The notes under the pieces: model-generated
What the model was told of the DNA's origin: nothing
Seen by the model: only the letters and a program-made list of their open reading frames with translations
The model's database searches: none
From: Octopus bimaculoides
Taxonomy: Eukaryota
Direction: 5' to 3'
Assembly (NCBI RefSeq): GCF_001194135.2
Contig: NC_068982.1
Coordinates: 99,170,169 to 99,234,168 of the forward strand
DNA length: 64,000 nucleotides
Made by a program: the position numbers and the translations under genes
In this document: in pieces, positions 42,330-54,345 of the stretch
Numbering within the stretch: position 1 is the first letter of the stretch
Layout of the letters: every line of letters begins with the position of its first letter

Positions 42330-43600
42330 TACATACATGTGTGTGTGCGTAATGAATAGATGTATGTATATTATGTGTGTGTGTTGAGGTATATAGAACT
42401 GTGAGAAAATGTACTCAATAGAAATGTATGCATATGAGACTCACACAAATGTGGCGTCACAAAAGCCGGAGTACCATTTTGGCGATGAAATTATTCTCAG
42501 AAGAGAAATAATAGAACCATTCTTTCTTTTATTAACAGCTAATGTGGCCAAACACATACATACATTATACACACGCACACAATACACACACCTCAGTCAA
42601 ACTGCTCTATTCGAGGAGAAACCGGACATAAAATGTCAATGAATCATATCTTAAGCTACATGATTCCAATTTTTCTCTTTTTGTGAATGTGTGAGAGAAT
42701 ATGAGTGATCGGAAATGTTCAGTGAACAGAATTCAAATGCGACTCACTTCTTCGACAAGATATTTTCTCACTCAATTAATTAAATGTTTGTGTTTGAGAG
42801 AGAGAGACACAGAGAGAGAGAGAGACACTGAGAGAGAGAGAGAGAGATTATATATTAACGTTATTGTTTTATATTATAATCATTATAATGAAAAATTCGG
42901 AAAATCCAGAATGTATCTCATTTAATAGTGGGGGGGGAAGGAGAATATGTTTAGTTTTTGTGAGTGTTTAATTTTATTGCAAAGGAGGAAGTGAAGAAAC
43001 AGGAGTTTCTGATATACAGAAAATATAGCTGAGATGTAATAGATATTGTCACGTACATTAAGAATAGATGCTTTTAAATTTAATATAGAAAAAGTTACAA
43101 ACATAGATCGTTGCTATTTCACACACACATACATATGTGCGTGTGTGTATGTGTATGTATGATTATCGTGTTAGTGCGACATGAGCCGATGAAATATCTT
43201 AAAAGGGAAAGAAAGAATATGCAGACGAAAATCTTAAGTTGACTCTTTAGCCTAGTCTTATGTATGTCAGTAATGTCTGCAAATATTCACGGTAAACATT
43301 TTCACGCAGAAAACCGAATTCACAAATATATATATATAATTCATTTAGCATCGCCGATTGCTGAATTCCTATTTTCATTCCGATCAACTCCTAAAAATCA
43401 ACTGTAAATGACCAAGTGCGAAAATAATAAACAGTCAACANNNNNNNNNNATATATATAATATGAGACACCTGGACTTCATGCCAAACGAAGACTGCTGT
43501 AACATAATTTGCAGTGTAAAACTGCTGTAACATAAATTGTATTCTGAACAACAACAACGAGGGAGGAGGGGAAATTTTTTTCAACGTCTCTCTAACCTAC

Positions 43601-43685
43601 CTTCCGATAGTTCAAGATCCAATTCAGCAAGTTTTTCTTGAACATCTTCAGGAAGAGATGTTATGTCCACATCAATGTCTGCCAT
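43601..43685 (-). CDS. DIP2: First coding exon of a disco-interacting protein 2 homolog (start of the DMAP1-binding domain): MADIDVDITSLPEDVQEKLAELDLELSE-G, phase-1 intron
   Basis: The minus strand reads gccATGG (strong Kozak) through 28 open codons plus G, then the donor GAAG|GTAGGT. The peptide matches the DIP2 N-terminus as I recall it (human DIP2C MADRSLEGMALPLEVRARLAELELELSEGDITQKGYEKKR). It is too short for the ORF track. Confidence 0.9.
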
Positions 43686-43860
43686 GGCTAGAGATATATT
43701 GCAGTTAATTCTTATTAATTTGTTTCTTTTCTTCTCTCTTTCTTTAAAACGTCCCTCTGTCTTTTAGTCTATCGCGTAGCCATCAATAGTCGCCATTTTG
43801 CTGTTTCCCCATCACTACACTCAAGTCTCGCGAGAACTGGCGTGGTCACAGACCAGATGC
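43686..43860 (-). promoter_or_regulatory. Putative DIP2 5' UTR and core promoter: YY1-type CAAAATGGCG (43791-43800) and palindromic TCTCGCGAGA (43826-43835)
   Basis: Both motifs are exact matches 105-150 nt upstream of the ATG, within a locally CpG-rich patch in otherwise CpG-poor DNA. No TATA box seen. Confidence 0.7.
43764..43796 (-). other. Upstream ORF MATIDGYAID* in the putative DIP2 leader
   Basis: The minus strand reads aaaATGGCGACTATTGATGGCTACGCGATAGACTAA. The stop lies 78 nt before the DIP2 ATG. It counts as a uORF only if the TSS is above 43796. Confidence 0.5.
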
Positions 43861-45321
43861 TCTCGGTGCTACTAGCCAGCCTTCACCATTTTTTCCACAA
43901 CTCAAAATATAAAAATGTTTTTTTTTTTCTTACAACGAGAAAAAGGCTTTGATTTTATCTGTTCTGGAGCTTTTCGTTTTTCAGTTTTATTTTCTATGTT
44001 ATTACATAAGCTTTTCTAGCAAAAATTCTTCATATATTTCATTTCTACCCCTCCCCTCATCTTTGGAAAGAATTTGTTGTAAGCGACTACCAATTATTCT
44101 ATATCTACTCGTGCTCTGGAAATGTCATGGCAAACGGAAAAGTGGAGAGGGAGAGACATATTGAGAAAGCTGAGTTGTGAGAGGGAAGGGGAAGAGATGG
44201 TAAAGGAGAGAGGAGGATAAACAGACAGACAGACAGAAGGAGAGTGGGGAAGGTAGTGTTAAGAATTATAATTCAGAAACAAGACTAAATTATAAAATGC
44301 GGTGGGGATACATACATTTATGCATATGTATCAATGTGCTTGGGTGTCTGCATGTATGTATATATATATGCTCTCTGACAGAGACACACACATATAAGAG
44401 CACACACACAGGTCATTATTCTAATCATCTTTACTGACAAAACTCTTAGTATTTTAACTCCATGGAATAAGGTCGCAATATTTCAATTGCTAGGTCAAAA
44501 ACAATCTTGAACAGTTTTTTTTTTTCCCCTTACACAACCCATACGCATTCTTTTCTTAACATATATTAGGTTATAACTAATCTCTATTTTTTTTATTTAT
44601 TTATTTGTTTTGCCTTGCTTATTTTATTTCTTTTATTTATCATTTGAGACTTTTACCCTTAAATATTGCTTTAACAGACGCTCACGTTTTGGGGAAATTC
44701 TATCACTACTAATTCTGCCGGATTGCTTTGCTGTGGCTAGTTTATTCTACTCATGAACTAGATGGTTTGGGACAGCTACTATTTTATGCCACTATCACCA
44801 AATTAGATTATCTTTCTTAATCCAAAATATGGACTAGGCAAAGATAATTATGATTTCTTACACAGGCCAAAGGAAAATTGTGATGTTCATGCTTTTCCTA
44901 AGGGCATGATTAACATAACTGAAATGAATTGACTAAAACTGAGAATCTAAACCAGCCTGCAAAATCAAATAATAATAATGAAAAGAAATATATAAGGAAT
45001 AGCTATTTATTCTATTTGTTCTTATGTTTCCCTTTTTAGTTTTTTTTTTTTTGCCTATTTTAATTTTGCAGTGAATCATAAAAACAAAATCCATAACAAA
45101 CACCACCACTACCACCACAACTATCTTCATCATTATCATTGACAACTGCAATATTATCAGCAGTTCAATCTTTACACTTAATCATTTGGTTTCTATCTGC
45201 TTGTATTCTATTAAATAGATTTCAGGTTGATGATAACAGCAAAATATATAAATAGTTGCTCCTGCTAGTCAAATGTAAATATCCAATTCACACACACACA
45301 CACACACATACACGTGTGTGC

Positions 45322-45364
<43 letters not shown>

Positions 45365-45759
45365 TTGGTGTTAGAAGAGGTATCCAGCTGTAAAAACCAA
45401 GCCAAAACAGACAGTGGAGTTTGGTGCTGTCCTCTGGCTTGCCAGTTCCTATCAAACTGTCCAACCCATACCAGCATGGAAGACAGGCGTTAGATAATGG
45501 TGATGATGGATATAATCTAAACTTGTATTAAAGGAAAACAAATTCTAAAATTCAGCGTTTAATAAATAATGAGAATATATAATTTACATATATATTTTCT
45601 GATACTTTTTTGTACATAGGGTAAATGTGGGTTCTTTGTTGTAGTTTAATTAATAATGTTAGTGTTTAATCCTTCCTAGAATTAAGATTGAATGAATGTG
45701 GTGATATCTAAAGTATGTATGTTATCAAATAACACTTATTTTAGTGCTGTTGACACCAC

Positions 45760-46110
45760 TGGATTGAATGGTACTGCCCAGGTGTCGAAACCATAGTGAT
45801 ATTCGTGGGGCAACTGAGGATGGAGGTGTGTTGGTATGGTTGTTATTGTATGTGCAGAATAGTTTTATGTGTGATATATATACCACACATGATCACATGA
45901 CCGACCAGGCTATCAGATGTTGTTACACATCACTGGTCACAACGCACTTGTGCATTGTTTTAGCCTTCAAATGATGCCACCCTGCTAGCTAGTCAAACAG
46001 GTCAACAATCCCCCTGATCAAACGAAGACTAGAGCAACGTGAAATGAATCATTTTGCTCAAGAACACAATGCGCCACCCAGTGAGGGTATTAAACCTACA
46101 ACCTACCGAT
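45760..46110 (-). mobile_element. Decayed SINE (CORE/Meta-like domain)
   Basis: gcaacgtgaaatgaatcattttgctcaagaacacaatgcg and gaccaggctatcagatgttgttacacatcactggtcacaa; the latter recurs near 38030. Confidence 0.55.
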
Positions 46111-46659
46111 ATATATATATGCACTAACACTACCCCAGATAATGGAAATGGTGAAGTGTTTGACTCCCAGCAAAATGTACGAGAGTTCATATCTCATCAC
46201 TGCTCATTGTGCACTGCCAAGACTTGTTGACCAAATGGAATAGCTACAACTCCCTTTTGTAAATAGCAAGTACATTGTATAATTAACTAGTATTTTATTG
46301 GCTTGTCATATTATGTTCATGAGTTCATATATACCAGAGGAAGCTAATGGGATATTGTGTCAACTACTAAGCTTCAATCCAGTGTACCACCTATTTCAGT
46401 TAGCCTGACTTTTAAATCTGAACACTGTTCTGAGTATGGGCCACTTGTGATGCAGGTGCACACAATTCATTCTACATCAAATTTATATGTGCTGCCAAAT
46501 AATTGTAGCTCTTAGCTCCCATGAGAAAAAGTGAGATGTTTAAAGTAACATACTCTTTTATTGGCTCAGGCTGGTTACCTCTATCCCTGCTAGGAAAAAT
46601 AGTGAGTATATTTAATGAATGTGGAACCAATGACAGGCTCCACAACTTTGTTTCATTTA

Positions 46660-47960
46660 TCAACTGAAACTCTCTCTAACCTACAAGATTCGTAGCTGAC
46701 CAGATACATTCCAGTCAAAAATTTCCCGACTCCTCTGTCCATGTTACACTCAACTATCTACTCAAACTTCACTCTGAAAGGTGGCATCTGAACATATGTA
46801 GACTCCACTCTTCCTGTCACCCACCTCTTTCATTTGAATATCAGCTACAACTTCTAGTTACTGTTATTTGAAGTTTCATTCTCTCATTTCCCCAAATAGA
46901 TATGCTTCCTCTGTAACTCTTTGAATATCCCAGACCACCAGCAACTGTTTAACCACTTCTCTTCCTGTACTGAAAGCATATCTTATTTCACTCCACTTTA
47001 CTCCATTACCCTCAGTAACTTTAGTACTCACAACTTCCCATGGTTCTCAGACTCATCCCACATCAATGCTGTCAGTGCAGAAGTCAAATCTTTTTCTAAT
47101 TTTCAACCTTCTACTTTCATTTGCTTCATCCCATACATAAATTCCAGACCCACAAACACCCTTCATCTCCAAACCTTGTCCAACCAAACTGTAGCTATCT
47201 CAGCACCTACCAAACCATCTGACCACTACTTTATATAGTATGTGTGCTAAAAACTACCCAATCCACTGGAGATTTACTTTCCTATGTCACATGCCAGTGG
47301 GATCTCAGAGAAATTTAGTGGAAGCAATGATGTCACCCTCTACATCACCAAAGCTTTCAGCCATGTCTGGCATATCAAACTAAAGCTTATGGGTTCTATC
47401 TACCTCACATCTGTTGACAGAACTCTTTCTCTTTTACATCCCTTCAACTCTGGCCATCAAGGCCAGAATATACTAAAACCCACTAAAATTACTGTTACTC
47501 AACTAAATTCAAGTGAGGCCTACAATGGAGTATTGCTTCCCCATCACTACAGTGATGTTGCTGCATATCAGACATTTTTGACTGCATCTAAAAATGTCTC
47601 TTCATTAAATCACACAAAAGGATTCATAGGCCTAAAGGCGTACTGTCTCACATTTCTAGCTTTACTACCACTACTATAATGGCTTCAGAGCTGGTTGGGC
47701 TCATGTCACCCCTACTCAGGCACTCACAGCTCATCTGTCTCTCCTCCCTTCATCATCCATGTTGTGTCCAGCATTCATAAGCCACACCCCTACCAATATG
47801 AGTCGTACTCCCTCCCCTAGAACATTGGTCCTTTGGAATTGCCTCCTCATGTCTTTCTTGCAGTTGTCAACTTGTAAGCATTTAAGTTGAACAGTCAAGA
47901 CATTAGTTTCACTAGTCTCAGAAAACCAGCAAAGACCATGGATGCTTCTCTTTAGGCCCA
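46660..47960 (+). mobile_element. Heavily deleted CR1/Jockey-type LINE relic (APE, RT and C-terminal remnants)
   Basis: FSTHNFPWFSDSSH...TVAISAPTKPSDHYFI resembles the APE GDFN...SDH motifs; VTLYITKAFSHVWH resembles ALDISKAFDRVWH; the 3' end cctagaacattggtcctttggaattgcctcc resembles FPRT-x2-LWNSLP. Confidence 0.7.
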
Positions 47961-49219
47961 GCATCTAAAACTGTTTTAACTGTTGTGACCTTTCTACTTT
48001 TAAGATGACAAGGTGTGATAAGAGGAAGATTTGGTTGTTATTTCTATCATCTTAAGCAAACATCTAGAGGGCTCCTTGTTAGCTTGTTATTCACATTCAT
48101 GTTATTTTGGACAGCTTTTATATTTCTAGAGGCAAATTTATTGCAGACATCATTCAAGAAAATAAGAAATAACATTACACATTTTCATTATTTGAGACAG
48201 TCTTCAAAGGTTATGGACACTGACCCTACCCCTCTCACTATCTTATAAAAAACAAAAATGTAATCACTACATCATTGCATAAAGAAAGGTACTAATTACA
48301 TATTGTGGATGATCTCGGAAACAAAATTTTAACTTTGAGTCTTTGTAAGTTTGAGGAGCAAGCTTACAAATCAAAGACTAGAATTCAATATATTTTAAAT
48401 TTACAAAACAGAAATATATTTTTTATAAACATCACACATGTCTTATAGCATATTGAGTAGATATTAAGACTAATATTTTCTCATTCTTTTAGTCATGACT
48501 TGTGGTTAAGAAATTTGCTTCACAGCCAAGAAATTTGGAGTTCACTCCCACTGTGTAGCCTATTGTATAGTGTCTTTTATAGCCCTGGTTATCTGATGCC
48601 TGTAAGTGAATTTGGTAGAAACTGAGGAAACTCACTGTGTATATATATAAATATGCCAGCATGAACAATGGAGGTTAAATGATTATGATAGCCATGTATC
48701 TTTTCTATAGCAAGACACCTGTTCTTCTCCCTCTCAGCACCAACATACTCCCCTTCCTAATACACATATATCCCTACTTAGTCATGGGAGCTTTTCCTTT
48801 TCCCATTCTTTCACTGTCTAGCAAGTTACTTGGCAGCCTCATTAGTGCTGGTGGCACAGAAAAAAACCCCAGTACACACTATAAGGTGGTTAGCATTAAC
48901 AAGGGCATCCAGCCATGGAAAGCATGCCAAAGCTGACACTGGAACTCAGTGAAGCCCTGTGGTTTGCCAGATCCTGTCAAACCATCCAACTCATGCCAGT
49001 ATGGAAAATGGATGTTAGATGATGATGATGATGATATATATATGTACGCATGTATGTTTGTCATTATTCAGTTTTATTTCAAGATTTCTTGTCAGTAGAG
49101 ATAGAGCCAGTTTCTAATCTAGATCCAAGGCTCCTTCATTAGAATTTCAACAACATCAACTGATTTGTATGGTTTACTTTATGTATGTCTTCTCATGCAT
49201 ATGCTTGCATATCTAGACA

Positions 49220-49250
<31 letters not shown>

Positions 49251-50578
49251 ATGTATGTATGTATGTATGTATGTATGTATGTCTGAGCACACATGTATGC
49301 ATGCATACTTGTATTTGTCTCTCACTACTTGACACCCAGTGTTGGTTTATTTACATTTCTGTAACTTAGCAGTTCAGCTAAAAGAAACTGGTAAAATAAG
49401 TACTAAACTTAAAAATATGTACTGGGATTGATTTGGTTGACTGAAACCTTAAAGGCAGTTCTCCCAGCATGGCTGCAGTCTAATGAGTGAACGAGGTAAA
49501 CAAATAAAAGAATATATATTCCCATTATTTATTTTCTTTGAACAGAAATGATCTGGAGGAGAGCTTAAAGGAAAAACATTGATACTTTGACTGTTTAACT
49601 TTAAACAGCTTTTTTTTTTTGCTACTGGTTTGTCTTTGTTTTTGTCGTAACTTCAGTGAATTACTACTACTTAATATTTGTATAATTGTGTATATATGCT
49701 TTTGTACCAACTTAATACAAGCTATAAAATGAAAAACAATCTAATTGTATATAAAAGAAAATCCTGTCAGTTGTATGTATATGTGGCTGTAAGAACGTAT
49801 ATATATATAGTTGCTTATATGTATACACATATTTTGTAATATTATTATGTGTGGTGTGAATGTGTGTAAGCCTGCTTGTAATATTAGCTTCCTTCTCACC
49901 AGAAGACTTCTTTCTCCTTCCCTTGGCTGACACGGCCACTTCCCCACTCTGTCTCTTCTCTCAAGCAACTGACTAAACTCCTTTTTCTGATTCCAAAAAC
50001 CAAATTTGTGGATGGTTGTTCCAGTATTAGCAAGATTCTCCATAATATATTGATTTGTTACAATGGCACAGAACCTCAGTTTTTAGGGTAGGTAAATGAG
50101 GTTATATGATGTTTATCTTTTTCTTTTTTTTTTTTCTCAGGGACATTAGTGATTTCAGTATAACTACCATAAAATAATGATAAGCTATTGGTAATCAAGT
50201 AGCTATGGCAATCAAATCTACGGGAAAAAAAAGACATTTTTTATTTATATTTAATACATGTTATTTCCATTTATTTTCAATACTCTGGAATGGAGTAGAC
50301 TCTGCCAGATTGGTTAACTCCCATAAAATCATGTGAAGACGAAGTCTTTGGTAATAAACCAAACTCATTAATGAAGGCCCTTCTTCTTCCTTTTATCCCC
50401 TTTTTCACTTCAGCCACTCATGCTGAAGCATTGCTTTGAAGGGTTTAGTTGGACAAATTAACTTCAGCATTTATTTTTTAGGTCTGGTACTTATTCTATT
50501 GATCCCTTTTACCAAACATCTAAGTTATGGGGATGTAAACAAATGAACTCTGGTTGTTAAGTGATGGCAGAGCAAACA

Positions 50579-50628
<50 letters not shown>

Positions 50629-50709
50629 NNNNNNNNNNNNNNNNNNNNNNNNNNNNNNNNNNNNNNNNNNNNNNNNNNNNNNNNNNNNNNNNNNTATACA
50701 TATATACAT

Positions 50710-51045
50710 GCGTGGCTGTGTGGTAAGAAGTTTACTTCCCAACCACATGGCTCCAGGTTTAGTCCTACTGTGTGGCACCTTGGGCTAGTGTCTTTTACTT
50801 GGGTCAAGTAAAGCCTTGTTAGTGGATTTGGTTGAGAGAAACTGAAAGAAGCCTGTCGAATGTATGTGTGTGTGTGTGCATGTCTTTGTGTCTGTGTTTT
50901 TCCTCCACCACCACTTGACAACTGGTGTTAGTGTGTTTATGTCCCTGTAACTTAGCAGCTCATCAAAAGAGACCAATAGAATAAGTACCAAGCTTAAAAA
51001 TACTGGGGTCGATTCTTCATGGTGGTGCCCCAGCATGGCCACGAC
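50710..51045 (+). mobile_element. tRNA/CORE SINE with Nin-like 3' domain
   Basis: ggctgtgtggtaagaagtttacttcccaaccacatgg...ggcaccttggg...(GT)n...gtaacttagcag...aataagtacc...tactggggtcgatt...gccccagcatggcc. Confidence 0.8.
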
Positions 51046-51545
51046 ATTGTCACAGCATTGGTCAACCTTGGCGCCATGCAACAGAACTAAACTGGAAGGC
51101 ACATGGTTCCAAAGTGGGCTTCTTAACCATCCATCCAGGCTTATTGAATAAAAGAAAATGTGATGCCAGGGAAGTAAAATACTTACAGTTAGAAATTGAA
51201 ACTATGTTAAGAGCATAACTTTGTGAATAATTACATCACTCACTAACGATCATTTTATTTTTGTTGTGTGATTAATTTTTTCAGGAATTCCATACTTTTT
51301 AAGACTCATTAGTTTCAGCTTCTGAAGTATCAAACACTTGAGAGACAATTTTTCCTAAGCTGCATTACTCAGCACTACTCATTCCACCCACATTTCTTCC
51401 TCTTGTCATTTTTATTATGTCACATTATAAAACCCTACACCAAACACTTTTTTTCAAACCTATCTGCCTCTGGAACACTATCTTTGTTCTTTTTTTTTTT
51501 CTGTATGAACCATCTTGTTGTGGTCAAAACTGGATACCAAACCAA

Positions 51546-51900
51546 CATCATCATCATCATCATCATCGTTTAACGTCTGCTTTCCATGCTAGCATGGGTT
51601 GGACGATTTGACTGAGGACTGGTGAAACTGGATGGCAACACCAGCCTCCAATCTGATTTGGCAGAGTTTCCACAGCTGGATGCCCTTCCTTACGCCAACC
51701 ACTCAGAGAGTGTAGTGGGTGCTTTTACGTGTCACCCGCACGAAGGCCAGTCAGGCGGTACTGGCAACGGCCACGCTCAAAATGGTGTATTTTATGTGCC
51801 ACCCGCACAGGAGCCAGTCCAGGGGCACTGGCAATGATCTCGCTCGAAAATCCTTACACATGTCACGGGCACAAGTGCCAGGAAGGCGACACTGGGCACA
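51546..51900 (-). mobile_element. SINE/RTE-type tail repeat in reverse orientation
   Basis: Reverse complement of the 13.4 kb and 54.1 kb family, starting with (CAT)n-gtttaacgtctgctttccatgctagcatgg. Confidence 0.85.
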
Positions 51901-54124
51901 GGTGCTATCATGCCCTTCACAATTTGATGGGTGGGGTCCTCAGACTTCTGGAACAAAATTAATATAATATCCACACTGGAATATGAAAAATTATTCAACA
52001 GTCAATAATTTGATATAATCCATTTAACTGTTATTTGTTACTATGTTTAGAACAGATACAAACCAATGAATATATTCGGGGTTCATTATGTAAAACAAAC
52101 CTAACTAAACATTACATGTCAAAACCAAATCCAAGGTTTTAGAAGAGATTGAAATATAAAAATATCTGCTACAATTGTCTTGTTGCAATTTTCTGAATTT
52201 GTGAAACCATTTATCCATGCCATTCTAAGAGTCTGACAAGGTGAATGAGAAAGCAAAGCATTCATAGTTGTGTAACATTTACATTTTATTTCTTTTTAAA
52301 ACATTAAATTAGTTTTGGTAGCCTTTCTTTGCTAATGGCTATTCTTGCATGGATCAAGAACCTTACACAAAATGAAATAACACTTTTTTGTTCTTTTCTT
52401 TCTATTTTGTACCATTTTCTCCATGCAAGCATGAATGGGATGATTTTTGCAATTTTGGATTTCAACACATAATTTCTTGGAGCAATTGTTTTTTTATAAA
52501 TGGATACCCTTTTTCTTAGTAAATCAGTTAAACAGGACTGGAACATGTTATTAGCTCAACTGACTAGATTGTTTCTTCTATCACATCTACAAGAGATTAC
52601 TTCTCTGAAAAAGCAAGCTGTGAACCACCCTTTTATCAAACCCATCCTCATCGTCCTCTTCTCTTCTCATCATCTCTAAATTGCCTCTACACACAGCCCC
52701 ACAAATTAAACATTTCACCCAAATTTTCTTCCCCAGAGCTGCAACTCTCTAAGGTACTTTCCATGTTCACACTTTTGGAAGAGAAGTTCAACTTGATCCT
52801 CAGCTACATTGACCTTACCAACCTGGAAAGATTGGCAGTGACTCTGGGTATTGCCTAAATAATAAAACAAAATAATGTGCCTTGCAAAAGGCATAACACA
52901 GTCATCATTATCATCATTTAATGTCCATTGTTCATGCTGGCATAAGTTGGATGATTTGGCATGGATCTGGCTAGCAGGGAGTTGTCCAGACTCCTACTGT
53001 CTGTTCTGACATGGTTTTTACAGTTGGATGCCCTTCCTAATGTCAATCACTTAGCAGAGAGTGCTGGGTGCTTTTTACATGCCAAAATGTAACACATGCT
53101 TCTTTTTTTGTTATTGATTTGGTATAGAGAGATGCAATACACTTATACCCTTCAGAGGCCCTCTAAGATCTATGAAGTAAATGTTAAAGAATTCCAGAGA
53201 GGAGATGTTTTGAGAAGGAAGGACAGGAGTAAGTAGTGAGTGTGGAACCTGGAATGGATACAATATTGGAGATACAAGTTGGAGAAATAACTGAGTTTGG
53301 AATACCTGTGTTGAAGTGGCATGACACAAGTCAGTTCTGAGGAGCAGTGACTACTTTAACAGAAGTAGTAAAAGTAAAAGAGAAGTCAGCACCTCTGTGG
53401 GTAGAGATTTGAGTATGTTTCTGAACAACTTGAAGTCAATTAGCTATGTTCATTTGTTTTTTCATTCCAGTGCCTTAATTAACATACCACTAAAACATTA
53501 AAACTATTTAAAGGGAACCAAATCTAAAAGGAGAATGTAAGCAATATAATTGAATACTCTATGCTTTTTCATAATAAAGCAAGAATATAGAAAGATAATA
53601 CCATTCCCTTTGACCTCCTCACAAAAGTACAGTTCCCTGTTAAAATGCTAAAACATTGTTTTTCTATTTTTCTTTTGACTTTTTTTTTACATATACTACC
53701 CAGGCTGGGATTGAACTCACCAGCATTTCTACTCTGTGCTTTGGAATTCCCCACTGTATAGGCTTTGCCACAGAGAAAATAACAAGAAGCAGTTAGCACA
53801 TATTATTAGATTTATTTAACAGCCCTTGAGTTTTTAAAGATAACTAGTGATCAACATTACTGAAGTCAGATTAAAATTATCTTTCCAGTAGAGGATTTCT
53901 GTATTAACATTGATTTTGTATTTGATTATTTTCATTTAATTTATCTTTACCTTTGTTTCCCCTATGACTTCCTGTTCAATAAACACTTTAATCACATATG
54001 CATTACATAGGGATCCAGTAGAGATGCCATGGCCAGAAGTGATGTCAGAGATGTTAGTATACGGTTTAACAAAACAATTCTTCCAATACCATAACCATTC
54101 CTTGAAATGATATACCCTGAAATA

Positions 54125-54345
54125 ACCCGCCTGACTGGCCCTTGTGCCGGTGGCATGTAAAAGCACCCACTACACTCCTGGAGTGGTTGGCATTAGGAAG
54201 GGCATCCAGCTGTAGAAACTCTGCCAAATCAGATTGGAGCCTGGTGTCGCCTCCTGGCCCACCAGTCCTCAGTCAAATCGTCCAACCCTTGCTAGCATGG
54301 AAAGCGGACGTTAAACGACGACGACGACGATGATGATGATGATGA
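54125..54345 (+). mobile_element. SINE/RTE-type tail repeat
   Basis: Close match to 13.54-13.73 kb (ctggcccttgtgccggtggcatgtaaaagcacccactac...ggaaagcggacgttaaacgacgacg-(gat)n). Confidence 0.85.

Noticed and set aside
49741-50043. 100-aa minus ORF (MENLANTGTTIHKFGFWNQ...)
   Set aside because: No recognisable family or splice signals, and it runs into microsatellite. Probably decayed TE or chance.
52304-52546. Open frames on both strands with a hydrophobic + strand peptide
   Set aside because: The frames are short, stop-bounded and AT-driven, with no homology I can name.
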